Assembly (NCBI GenBank): GCA_964448115.1
Contig: CAYUVA010000010.1
Span: forward strand, 1-64,000
Reading direction: 5' to 3'
DNA length: 64,000 nucleotides
Source of the DNA: an uncultured bacterium
Lineage (GTDB): Bacteria; CAYUVA01
In this document: in pieces, positions 1-9,793 of the stretch
How the letters are laid out: each line of letters starts with the position of its first letter
Position numbering within the stretch: the stretch's first letter is position 1
Program-made: the position numbers and the translations under genes
The notes under the pieces: model-generated
The model's input: only the letters and a program-made list of their open reading frames with translations
What the model was told of the DNA's origin: nothing
Databases searched by the model: none

Positions 1-218
1 ACTACATCAAAATTTTGTTCTATGGATTCGATGTCAATTTATGGGGATTTTCTTCCTTTATAGGGTCATTTTAGTCGCTCAACTGTCAAACTCGGGAAAG
101 CCTAAGCCACACAACGAGAATCCCGCCCAGCCTTGCTTTGTTAGAGATGTTATGTACTGTGGCTCTCATACCACACACATCCTATTGTACCCATCCATTA
201 CTCTAAGCTTTTTCGATA

Positions 219-1061
219 TCAGCTATCGAGTTCCAGGGAAATATCAATGCCTGGCGCGGAATGGGTGAGTTCGCCTATGCTTATTATATCTACGCCGGTT
301 GCAGCTACAGCCTGTACATTGTCCAATGTTATACCCCCAGATGCCTCGATAATAGTTTTTTGTTTTCCAATGCGTACGCAATGCTCCATCTGCTCGAGCG
401 GCATATTATCAAGCATAATGATTTCTGCATCAGCATGCAGGGCTTGTTTGAATTGTGCAACAGTGGTTACCTCGATCTCTATCTTCATGGTGTGGGGGAT
501 ATTCTGCCTTGCCCTTGCGATCATATTTTCGATCTCATCACCCGCTGCCAAATGATTGTCCTTGAGCATAACCGCGTCATACAGCCCCATGCGGTGATTG
601 TGTCCTCCGCCGATGCGAACAGCGTATTTCTGCAGCTCGCGCAAGCCAGGGATGGTTTTCCTTGTATCGCAGATGCGCACCGCATATCCCCTAACCGCTT
701 GTACATATCGATTGGTTAGGGTTGCGATGCCGCAAAGCAGGCTCAAAAAGTTGAGAATGGTGCGCTCACCAGCCAGGATGCTCGCTGCTGACCCCGAAAC
801 CGAGGCGATTTCATCCCCCTGTTTGGCTCTATCTCCGTCCTTGAATCGAATCTTAGTCTCGATAAAAGGATCAATCAAAGCATAGCCATCTGCTATGCAG
901 GACAAGCCGCACAGGATAGCATTTTCTTTGAGGATAAACCTGGCGCTGACCTTCTTGTTCGGCTCTGCGAGGGCGTATATGGAAGCATCGCCGCTACCGA
1001 TATCCTCCCTTAGCGCCGGGTCAAGATATGCGTTCCAGTTAGGCTCGATTATATTTCTCAT
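219..1061 (-). CDS. nadC: Nicotinate-nucleotide pyrophosphorylase (quinolinate phosphoribosyltransferase)
   Basis: Motifs ERTILNFL..LCGIAT, DTRKTIPGLR, HRMGLYDAVMLKDNH, EIEV, IMLDN, EASGGI, VDIISIGELTHS. Confidence 0.97.
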   Translation of the reverse strand: MRNIIEPNWNAYLDPALREDIGSGDASIYALAEPNKKVSARFILKENAILCGLSCIADGYALIDPFIETKIRFKDGDRAKQGDEIASVSGSAASILAGERTILNFLSLLCGIATLTNRYVQAVRGYAVRICDTRKTIPGLRELQKYAVRIGGGHNHRMGLYDAVMLKDNHLAAGDEIENMIARARQNIPHTMKIEIEVTTVAQFKQALHADAEIIMLDNMPLEQMEHCVRIGKQKTIIEASGGITLDNVQAVAATGVDIISIGELTHSAPGIDISLELDS

Positions 1062-1066
1062 AGCGA

Positions 1067-3769
1067 TTATCGCTTTTTCAGCTCATCATCCGGGGCTTCA
1101 TTATCATCCTCCATGACCATCTCCCACTGCCTTATGTTACGCAGGACATGGATTGCTTGCCTTATCTTAGCTTCCTTCTCTCGCTGATATTGGAGCTTCT
1201 GGCGATCTTTTTCCACCAGTTCTGCCGGCGCCTTGTTGACATAACTTTTCTTTGCCAGCTTGTTCTCGAAGAATTCTATCTCCTTCTCGATCTTATCGAG
1301 CTGTTTGTGCAGCCTGCTCAGCTCGGTATCGACATCCACCAATCCTCTAAGCGGCAGGTATATGTCTATGTCCCTAACCACCGTAGTTGCCGAGTATGAC
1401 TGCTTTTTTACATCGCTTCTTATATCGAGCGATTCGAGGCGCACCATCTGGATAATGGCATCCCGATAATTGTTAAGGATCTCAAGGTTGCTCTTGTTTT
1501 TGCTGTTGATGATCAGCGGTGCCTTGATCTGGGGCTTGATATTATTTTCCGTGCGCATGGTCCTGGCTGCCCTTATGACATCTATGACCAGGCTGATCTC
1601 CTCCTCGATCCCAGGATCGATCAATCTCTCATCGACCGAGGGGTATGGTGCTTTCATTAGGAATCCCTCAGCTTCTGGCAAATGCTGCCAGATCTCCTCT
1701 GTTATGAAGGGCATGAAGGGATGCAACACCTTCATTGCGTTATTGAGCATGGTTATGGCGGTATTCAGCGTCTGCATGCGGGCAGGATGCTGGTTCTCCT
1801 TGTAGATTATCGGCTTGATAAACTCAAGGTACCAATCGCAGAACTCGTCCCAGAAGAACTTGTAGATGGTCATAGCGACTTCATTTAGCCGGTAAGCATC
1901 CATGCCCTCTTCCATGTTCTTTAGTATCCTGTTGAACCTGGATAATATCCACCTGTCATAGGGAGTAATATTGTTGACATCCAGTTCCTGTTGCTCAAAT
2001 CCCTCCAGGTTCATCAATAAAAGCCGGGAGGCATTCCAGATCTTGTTGCAGAAGTTGCGTCCTATCTCGATCTTGTCCTCGGAAAAAAGGACATCCTGTC
2101 CTACTGGCGTAATTAACAACAACGAGAAGCGCAGAGCATCGGTTCCATATTTTTCGATCATATCAAGAGGGTCGATGGAATTCTCATAGGACTTGGACAT
2201 CTTTTTTCCAGCAGCATCCCTTACGATGCCGTGGATATAGACATCCCGGTAAGGTATCTCGCCCATGAACTCCAATCCAGCCATGATCATCCGTGCAACC
2301 CAAAAGAAGAGTATCTCGAATGCGGTAACCAGGGTCGAGGTAGGATAAAACTTGCGTAATGTTTTAGTATTTTCAGGCCAGCCCATAGTGGAAAATGGCC
2401 ACAGCCAGGATGAAAACCATGTATCGAGGACATCCTCATCCTGATTTATATCTTGCGAACCGCAGTGCGCGCATCGCTCCGGTGGCTCTACGGCAACCGT
2501 CATCTTTCGGCAGCTATCGCAGTACCAAACCGGTATTCTGTGCCCCCACCAGAGCTGGCGGCTGATGCACCAATCCCTGATATTCTCCATCCAATCGAGA
2601 TATACCTTTGTCCAGCGCGAGGGATAAAATCTTATCCTGCCTTCCTTTACTGCCTTGATAGCAGGCTCTGCGAGCGGCTTCATCTTAACGAACCACTGCT
2701 CGGAGAGATATGGCTCAAGCACCGTCTTGCAGCGGTAGCAGTGTCCCACGGAGTGTCTATACTTCTCGATCTTCTCCAGGTATCCCTGCTTCTCCAGGTC
2801 GCGCAGTATCTCATTGCGAGCCTTGAAGCGATCCATGCCCTTGTAATCGCCGGCGTTTTCGTTCATCCTTCCAGCCTTATCGATAACCACTATGCCTGGC
2901 AGGTTGTGTCTCTGTGCCATCTCGAAGTCATTGGGATCATGGTATGGGGTAACCTTGACGATACCGGTGCCAAACTCGACAGAAACAAAGTCATCCTCGA
3001 TCACCGGGATCTCTTTGTTCATCAGGGGAAGGAGTATTTTCTTGCCCACAAGGTGTTTATAGCGCTCATCTGTGGGATTTATTGCCACTGCTGTATCGCC
3101 GAGCATGGTCTCCGGCCTGGTGGTGGCAACTATGATTGAGTCCTCGCTGCCGACGACAGGATACCGGATGTAGTAAAGTCGAGAACTAAGCTCCTCGTGC
3201 TCCGATTCCTCGTCAGACAAGGCAGTCTGGCAGCGCGGACACCAATTGATTATATAGTTTCCTCGATAGATAAGCCCCTTATTGTAAAGGTGAACGAAGA
3301 CCTCCATTACCGCCCTGGAAAGCCCCTCATCGAGTGTAAACCTCTCCCTTTCCCAGTCGCAGGCACAGCCTAAGCGCTTAAGTTGCTCGATGATGCGACT
3401 GCCGTATTTATCCTTCCATTCCCAGACCTTTTCCAGGAACGCTTCCCTGCCTAGGTCGTGTCTTGAAATGCCCTGTTTTTTAAGCATCCGTTCCACGACA
3501 TTCTGGGTGGCGATGCCGGCATGGTCGGTTCCGGGGAGCCATAAGGTCTCCAAGCCTTTCATGCTCTTATAGCGAATCAGTATATCCTGCACCGTGTTAT
3601 TGAGTGCGTGTCCCATGTGTAAGTAGCCGGTAACATTAGGGGGAGGGATCACTATGCAGTATGGTGGTCTCTTAGAGTTCTCGTCGGCGTGGAAAAGACG
3701 CGCCTTAAGCCAATCATCGTACCATTTGCTCTCGCTTTTCTTGGGATCGTAAACCTTGTCCATGATCAT
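1067..3769 (-). CDS. valS: Valine--tRNA ligase
   Basis: PPPNVTGYLHMGH (HIGH motif), DHAGIATQ, ATTRPET, WCISRQLWWGH, KMSKS, C-terminal coiled coil. Confidence 0.98.
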   Translation of the reverse strand: MIMDKVYDPKKSESKWYDDWLKARLFHADENSKRPPYCIVIPPPNVTGYLHMGHALNNTVQDILIRYKSMKGLETLWLPGTDHAGIATQNVVERMLKKQGISRHDLGREAFLEKVWEWKDKYGSRIIEQLKRLGCACDWERERFTLDEGLSRAVMEVFVHLYNKGLIYRGNYIINWCPRCQTALSDEESEHEELSSRLYYIRYPVVGSEDSIIVATTRPETMLGDTAVAINPTDERYKHLVGKKILLPLMNKEIPVIEDDFVSVEFGTGIVKVTPYHDPNDFEMAQRHNLPGIVVIDKAGRMNENAGDYKGMDRFKARNEILRDLEKQGYLEKIEKYRHSVGHCYRCKTVLEPYLSEQWFVKMKPLAEPAIKAVKEGRIRFYPSRWTKVYLDWMENIRDWCISRQLWWGHRIPVWYCDSCRKMTVAVEPPERCAHCGSQDINQDEDVLDTWFSSWLWPFSTMGWPENTKTLRKFYPTSTLVTAFEILFFWVARMIMAGLEFMGEIPYRDVYIHGIVRDAAGKKMSKSYENSIDPLDMIEKYGTDALRFSLLLITPVGQDVLFSEDKIEIGRNFCNKIWNASRLLLMNLEGFEQQELDVNNITPYDRWILSRFNRILKNMEEGMDAYRLNEVAMTIYKFFWDEFCDWYLEFIKPIIYKENQHPARMQTLNTAITMLNNAMKVLHPFMPFITEEIWQHLPEAEGFLMKAPYPSVDERLIDPGIEEEISLVIDVIRAARTMRTENNIKPQIKAPLIINSKNKSNLEILNNYRDAIIQMVRLESLDIRSDVKKQSYSATTVVRDIDIYLPLRGLVDVDTELSRLHKQLDKIEKEIEFFENKLAKKSYVNKAPAELVEKDRQKLQYQREKEAKIRQAIHVLRNIRQWEMVMEDDNEAPDDELKKR

Positions 3770-3967
3770 TCACAACCTTATTCTTATCGATAAAATCAAG
3801 ACTTATTATACCATAACAATAACAGATTGGTATTATTTTACTACCATAAGCGTTAGCATCTGAAAGCCCTTATGGCTGCTGTTTTTGTTTAAGGTGAGGA
3901 TATGATAGATTATCAATATGTTTGATCGCTGTGAATCATATTCCTCTAAGATGCATAGGAGCAGACT

Positions 3968-6900
3968 ATGAAATGTAGGTGGTGCTTTCTTAGCGCATTG
4001 TTATTGTCGGTCGTAATACTGACATGTTCTAGTGTGCAAGTCCATGCCCTGCAAAAGTACGCAGTGCCTAATAACTATATAATCCCCAACGGCTTGGGAG
4101 TCTATTTTACACCCAGTGGACTGGATTTTATGTCCCAAAAGATCGGTCCGGTGGTCGCAAACCTGGATCTAACCGAGATCATCGAGACCGAGGTTCCTGG
4201 TCCACTAGGCACAACCATCATCGTTAACCAAATCATCCTCGATTATGGCGGGGAGGTCAGCGGCACCATCTCAGCCCTGCCCCCGGCAACCCAGCTAATC
4301 GAGGTGCATATCCCCAAGGCTTATCTGGATGTCTTGATCAAGAATGTGCCCTTGATGGGTGATGTCTCAGGCAATATTCAAGTTACTGTCGATGTCAGCG
4401 GAGAATTAGTGCCAACGGTAAAGGAGCTGGGTGTTGGATTCATCGGCTTGAATTATCAACTGACCACTAGCAACCTGGAGACTCACTTCGAGGGTATTGC
4501 CGGCTGGCTTCTGGAGTTCATCGTAGAGACATTTATGCCCAATTATGTCGAAGAACCGATGCGAGAAGCCTTTGAACAGGGAGTAAACACGGTGTTTGAT
4601 GGCAATCCGCTCTTCGACCTGCACAACCTTTTCGCTACCGTGCTTTCGGATATCCCATTTCTAGTTGACTCGCAGCTTGATGAATTTTTCGCCAATGAAG
4701 CCGGCACCCAGATCCTGGTAGAAGGCGGTTTCATGCCGGTCAATGGTCGCACATCTGATCACCTTCCATTTACATTGCCGAATATCCCTCCTCCGGGGAG
4801 AACTACTATTCCAGGAACTATCAATGAGTTTGATCTGGGTTTCATCATCTCCGATGATCTAATCAACTCCATACTCAATATCTTGCTTGATGCTCATTTC
4901 GTTGACTTTCAGTTGGACGATTCTCACACCGAGCCCCTGGGGATTCCTTTTATTACCGATACAGTGAGCGATACGCTGCCTGAGCTTTACCAAAGATACC
5001 CACAGGATTACATGAAAGCGCTGGTTTCCTCTGCTTCAGATTGTAACATAACCCTTATTTCGGACCTTGTCGGCGAGATGAACATAAATCGAAGCAACCT
5101 GGCGCTTTATGTCATCCACCAGGGAAGAGAGCTTTTGGCTTTCGAGGTCTCGGTCTATGTCAAGTTCGATATCGAACTTTTGTTCGATCCCGAATCGGAG
5201 CTAGCCTCCTTTGATATCAGGGTAAAGAAGGACCAACAGGGCGCGCCTTATGTGGATGTTATTGTTTTGGATATGGGTATCCTAGAGCAAACCACCCAAC
5301 AGCAGGTCAAGGATGCAGTCAAGGATATGCTGGTTGAGGTCGATCAAGCCCTTCCATTCAACGAGATCTTCAGTCCACTGCTAAATACCATGCAGGATCA
5401 GGCATTCTTGGGCATCGATCCCATTACGATCGGTATAGGTAGCGATGGAGTCAACCAGGATTACCTAGTTTTTTACATGAAGCTTGCTGGCGATCTAGTG
5501 ATCGATCCCCTAGCTGTCTCAATACCCCAGCGAATGGTTGCCATATCGGATACCGAGAACAGGAGCATTCTTGGGTTAAATGGCTGGACACAGACCTTCG
5601 GCTTCGACTCTCCATACCCGCTGCACCAAAGCCTGATACCAGAGTGTATGACATACCTTCGAGACAAGGATTACTTCTATATTGCAGGCACCCAGACATC
5701 AAAGGGGAATTGCCTGGTTTCGGTAATAGATCTCGACCATTTCAAAGATATCACCAACTCGCCGGCATCAATGGGGGTGGGAAACCCGGTCTCCATGGTT
5801 CGTATCCCAGGAAGGAATATCCTTTACATACTAGACAAAAGCAGCGATAGCATAATGGTAGCTAGCCTTACAGAAAACATCCCATCGCTTACCACCACGG
5901 TAGCTACCGGCGGAGCAAAGAGCCTCGATATAGTCTATGATTCAGCGCATAACCTGTTTTACATAGCCAACTTCCAGAGCGATAACATCAGCGTATTTTC
6001 AACTGCAAACAACACACCTGCATTTGTAAAAACCATTGATCTGACCGGGCATGGAATAAATGGTCCCATTGCGCTGGAGATCAACCTTTGGGACGAGCTT
6101 CTCTATGTAATCGGAAACAACAGCAACAACCTGGGAGCTATAGATATATCTTCAGCTCCAACAACGATGCCCATGTACCGAGTCGTTGCAACTGGTGTCA
6201 TGCCCGGTGATGTGCTTTATTCTTTTAAGAATAACAGCGTCTATGTAACCAACAGCGGGCAGGATAGCATTTCCCAGTTCAAGGCGGATACGCTCGAGCT
6301 AATGCCGGGATCGCCTGCTACGGTGGGAGACTATCCGGAAAGGATGCTGATCACCCCGATGAATCTTTTATATGTGCACAATAAGACCGACAAATCATTG
6401 TCCATCCTGAACGCCGATGACCTTAGCCCCATCCATATAGGCAAGGTAAACCTAGGCACCGGATGCAGCCAGTTGTATTACCTCTCCGAAGAGCCTGCTG
6501 ATACGGTTGCTCCCGGCATCAATGGAGTCAGCTCGCTGGATGATACCTCAGATACGCAGGGTCCTTATGTGGTCAAGGTATCATCGATAACCGATGACCA
6601 TCTAGTTGCCCAGGTAAGGTTGCGCTACACGGTATCCACCTTGGAAACTAAAGCAAGGCAAGCCTTTGAGACAGAAATGATTCGCTATAGAGGAGATAGC
6701 TTTATAGGGCAGATGCCGGGGCAACCAATTGGAAGCCAAATAGACTATTATGTCCGCGCATGGGATGATAGCGGCAACATCAACCAGGTGGGTCCCTTTA
6801 CTTTTAATGTCCAATACCAGGATGAGCAACCGCCAACTTCAAGAATAACCTCGCCGGGTAATGGAGATTACTTGTCAGCAAAACATATCCAGGTTATAGG

Positions 6901-7438
6901 CTATGCTGATGATGCTCCCGGTGGAAGCGGAGTGGAATCGATCCAGGTAAGCACTGACAATGGTAGAACTTTTACCGATGCAACCGGCACGACAAGCTGG
7001 ATATATACTTGGAACTCCCCTGCGGAAGGCAGATACACGCTGCTTTCTAGGGCGATTGATAATGCAGGAAATGTGGAGATCCCGACCGAGAAGGTCATAG
7101 TAAACATCGACCGCACATCGCCGATTGTCTTATGCCAAGGTTACTGGACAACCGCCCTGGATTCAATCTCCGGTGGCAACCTGGTCATAGTGGCACTCAT
7201 CACGGATGAGGACCTGGCTGGAAATCCTGAGATATTCTTCGATGGGGCGGCTACATCAATATACCTTTATGATGACGGGGGAGTAAACGATATCTCACCA
7301 GCCGGCGATGGATTCTACAGCCTGCACTTACCACAGGTGCAAGGACCGCTACCGCAAGGACACTACCTGCTTTGGGTATTGGCACTGGATCATGGAGGAT
7401 TGTTCGGTGTCATGCCTGCTCTTATTGTGCAGGAATGA
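3968..7438 (+). CDS. Large secreted protein: LBP/BPI-like N-terminal module, YVTN-type beta-propeller, Ig-like domains and a conserved C-terminal domain
   Basis: Signal peptide; SD AGGAG upstream; propeller repeats (FYIANFQSDNISVF, VYVTNSGQDSISQF, LYVHNKTDKSLSIL); Ig-like ends YYVRAWDDSGN and SRAIDNAGNVE; aa ~40-505 resemble LBP/BPI. Confidence 0.8.
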   Translation: MKCRWCFLSALLLSVVILTCSSVQVHALQKYAVPNNYIIPNGLGVYFTPSGLDFMSQKIGPVVANLDLTEIIETEVPGPLGTTIIVNQIILDYGGEVSGTISALPPATQLIEVHIPKAYLDVLIKNVPLMGDVSGNIQVTVDVSGELVPTVKELGVGFIGLNYQLTTSNLETHFEGIAGWLLEFIVETFMPNYVEEPMREAFEQGVNTVFDGNPLFDLHNLFATVLSDIPFLVDSQLDEFFANEAGTQILVEGGFMPVNGRTSDHLPFTLPNIPPPGRTTIPGTINEFDLGFIISDDLINSILNILLDAHFVDFQLDDSHTEPLGIPFITDTVSDTLPELYQRYPQDYMKALVSSASDCNITLISDLVGEMNINRSNLALYVIHQGRELLAFEVSVYVKFDIELLFDPESELASFDIRVKKDQQGAPYVDVIVLDMGILEQTTQQQVKDAVKDMLVEVDQALPFNEIFSPLLNTMQDQAFLGIDPITIGIGSDGVNQDYLVFYMKLAGDLVIDPLAVSIPQRMVAISDTENRSILGLNGWTQTFGFDSPYPLHQSLIPECMTYLRDKDYFYIAGTQTSKGNCLVSVIDLDHFKDITNSPASMGVGNPVSMVRIPGRNILYILDKSSDSIMVASLTENIPSLTTTVATGGAKSLDIVYDSAHNLFYIANFQSDNISVFSTANNTPAFVKTIDLTGHGINGPIALEINLWDELLYVIGNNSNNLGAIDISSAPTTMPMYRVVATGVMPGDVLYSFKNNSVYVTNSGQDSISQFKADTLELMPGSPATVGDYPERMLITPMNLLYVHNKTDKSLSILNADDLSPIHIGKVNLGTGCSQLYYLSEEPADTVAPGINGVSSLDDTSDTQGPYVVKVSSITDDHLVAQVRLRYTVSTLETKARQAFETEMIRYRGDSFIGQMPGQPIGSQIDYYVRAWDDSGNINQVGPFTFNVQYQDEQPPTSRITSPGNGDYLSAKHIQVIGYADDAPGGSGVESIQVSTDNGRTFTDATGTTSWIYTWNSPAEGRYTLLSRAIDNAGNVEIPTEKVIVNIDRTSPIVLCQGYWTTALDSISGGNLVIVALITDEDLAGNPEIFFDGAATSIYLYDDGGVNDISPAGDGFYSLHLPQVQGPLPQGHYLLWVLALDHGGLFGVMPALIVQE

Positions 7439-8187
7439 TCGCCTCAAGGAGGACTCTCTTGCAGAGTCCAATAACTCAGGTCATCGCTATCTTTTGCCTG
7501 AGCAAGCTGCTCTTCTTACTGCCGGTACTTGATTTTGATGCTCATGGCTTGCTCAAGGACTTTCTGCGGCTGACCATGCTTTACCTGGCAGTTGTTTACT
7601 ATATTAGGGGAAACCAGCAGGAGAATACTTACACCAAGTTCAAGCCATTGGATATTTTGGGTCTTGGACCCATAAAGGGAAGTGGACTTGGGAAGTGCCT
7701 TATCATGGGAGTGATACCTCTTCTTCTATATACGGTCGTTTTCATCATGGAATCGAGCAAACCTGTCTTAGCACCGCAGCCTTTGTTTATCATTTCATCA
7801 TTATTATTAGGACAAGGGCTGCTTGAGGAAGCCGCGTTTCGAGGATACATCTTTGGGCATCTAAGGCGCAGATATAGTTTTATCCACGCTTCATTGGCTA
7901 CTAGTATCGTATTTGGCGGGATGCATATAATCCAGATGGATCGCTTTGGACTCGCCATGACCCTGTATTCAATGGTTGCAGGCTTTATCATCTCTGCCTT
8001 TCTCTGTTTGCTCGTGGAGTTGAATGGTGGACTAGTATGGGGAACGATAGTGGTTCATCTAGGATTGGATTCGCATCTTGTGTTTGATTTTTCTGTATTG
8101 GATCAGCCTCAAATGTCCCTGGTCGGTATTGCACCTTATTTAACTATTATTATAGGCATAATTCTTTTTCAGCCCTGGAGGGAATAA
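7435..8187 (+). CDS. CPBP (CAAX/Abi) family intramembrane metalloprotease
   Basis: EEAAFRGY, FGGMH and HLGLD motifs in a multi-TM protein; likely start ATG 7435 overlaps the upstream stop (ATGA). Confidence 0.88.
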   Translation: MIASRRTLLQSPITQVIAIFCLSKLLFLLPVLDFDAHGLLKDFLRLTMLYLAVVYYIRGNQQENTYTKFKPLDILGLGPIKGSGLGKCLIMGVIPLLLYTVVFIMESSKPVLAPQPLFIISSLLLGQGLLEEAAFRGYIFGHLRRRYSFIHASLATSIVFGGMHIIQMDRFGLAMTLYSMVAGFIISAFLCLLVELNGGLVWGTIVVHLGLDSHLVFDFSVLDQPQMSLVGIAPYLTIIIGIILFQPWRE

Positions 8188-8211
8188 TTAAAGAGCCATC
8201 CTCTTTATTTT

Positions 8212-8267
8212 CTTTGCGTCTTTGCGTGAGGTTCTTTTTCTTTTCTAAACTTTGCGCGCCTTTGCGT
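8212..8267. repeat. Short octamer repeat cluster (CTTTGCGT-type)
   Basis: CTTTGCGT at 8212, 8220 and 8260; CTTTGCGC at 8250. Confidence 0.6.
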
Positions 8268-8355
8268 GCATAGCAAATTATATTTGAATGTTGGGTCAGG
8301 TTAGCGCTATTATAAGTCGTATAAAGACAACCGAGATAGAAAACGAGGGCTGAAA

Positions 8356-9327
8356 TTGTTGGACGCTACACATAAACAGAAGGCGAAGGATCTCCTTGGT
8401 AGCCTGCCTGCGCTGGTTGAATTAGTGGTAAGAGACACGGTAGATGGACATCCACTGACATTGCAGCTCATGGAAGTGGCTGAGGAGCTATCCAGGCTAA
8501 TCGATAAAATTGCTGTTAAGAAAGAAGACAGTAGTGCGGAACTTCCCCATCTGGAGCTGCGCAGCGCCTCGTGCAGCGGTATCCTATATGCGGCTGTGCC
8601 GACCGGCTTCGAGTGGGATGTCTTCTGCAGGAGCATAAGATCGGCTGCCAGTGGCGATAGTAAAGATGTGTTTAAGAACCTACAATTGGGTGATCGAAGC
8701 TATGAGCTTGAGACTTACATCAGTGCGCAGTGTCCCCATTGTCCAAGGACGGTTTTAATTCTCAATCAACTCGCATTATCCTTTGATGGCGTAAAGCACT
8801 TGATAATCGATTCGTTAAGCTTTGCGACCAGGACTAATAAAGCCGGGGTATCCTCAGTACCGACCGTGTTTATAGGCGGTACAGCCAGATGGGTCGGCGG
8901 GATCAGTACAGAGGATCTTATCAAGCTGATCTCCACTGAAACCGATGATGAAGCCTGGGGAATGACCCTGGTATCGCAGTTGAATCATGGAGAGCTAGCC
9001 CAGGCACTGAGAACCCTTAAGGAGCACCATGGGGCAAACCGGCGATTGCTCGATCTACTGACCAAGCCAGATATGTCCAATCGAATGACCGCGCTCAGGC
9101 TCATCGAGGTCGCTGCTGAGGAGGCACCGGAGACACTGGAGGGGATCACCATGGAGCTATGTAAACTACTTGAGAACAAGGATGACAATATTCGAGGAGA
9201 TGCGGCTTATGCTCTGGGGTTGATAAAGGATCCCAAGAGCAAGGAATTTTTACAAAGAGCTCTCAATGATCCTAACCGAGATGTCCGCGAGACAGCCGAG
9301 GAGGCGCTGGAGGGAATGAATGTATGA
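8356..9327 (+). CDS. Thioredoxin-fold (AhpF-NTD/PDO-like) protein with C-terminal HEAT repeats
   Basis: CPHCP motif and cis-Pro loop VSSVPTVFIG; HEAT repeats IRGDAAYALGLI and VRETAEEALE; TTG start. Confidence 0.8.
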   Translation: MLDATHKQKAKDLLGSLPALVELVVRDTVDGHPLTLQLMEVAEELSRLIDKIAVKKEDSSAELPHLELRSASCSGILYAAVPTGFEWDVFCRSIRSAASGDSKDVFKNLQLGDRSYELETYISAQCPHCPRTVLILNQLALSFDGVKHLIIDSLSFATRTNKAGVSSVPTVFIGGTARWVGGISTEDLIKLISTETDDEAWGMTLVSQLNHGELAQALRTLKEHHGANRRLLDLLTKPDMSNRMTALRLIEVAAEEAPETLEGITMELCKLLENKDDNIRGDAAYALGLIKDPKSKEFLQRALNDPNRDVRETAEEALEGMNV

Positions 9328-9793
9328 TAACCTCGATTAGCCATAATTTTTGGAAAGTAGCAATCTTGATTTGACATGAGTCTTTATGCATGGTATGTAG
9401 TAAAGATGGAAAATAGGAAAAGGGGTGTTTTCATAGACAATGGGGAGGATCCATCGAATCTCTCTCTACTCAAGCCTCAGAGATATTAGACCCCTCAAAC
9501 TAAGTCTCTTTGACAACCCCTTCAAGCACATAGGGTCCTCCCCCTCTTCAAATATTATATCTTGGTTTTACTCTGCTCCTTTTGACTTTGGAATGTCAGT
9601 GAGAAGACGATGGCTACGAGACGCCGAAAGGACGGGCAAGGAAAAAAGATGGCAATCCCGGTAGGAAAATCAATAGCCTGCTTTTGTTTTTCATCTTACC
9701 TGCCTCATTATTGTATGTAACATCACCAAAACTAATCTCCCTTTTAATGAGAATCAATACCTAATTTCGAGCCTTATTTAAAAAAGTAATCCG

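Noticed and set aside
105-163. attC-like inverted ends (ACACAAC ... GTTATGT)
   Set aside because: Only about 47 bp core to core, imperfect cores, no internal L boxes, and no integrase or second site.
2175-2205. ValRS KMSKS followed by YEN instead of the usual xGN
   Set aside because: The core motif is intact; most likely tolerated divergence.
9441-9545. tRNA-Sec, SRP RNA or tmRNA identity for the hairpin
   Set aside because: No T-arm, anticodon arm or SRP helix-8 motif on either strand.
9440-9664. 74-aa ORF as a protein-coding gene
   Set aside because: No recognisable motif or well-spaced SD; kept only as an alternative in the RNA finding.
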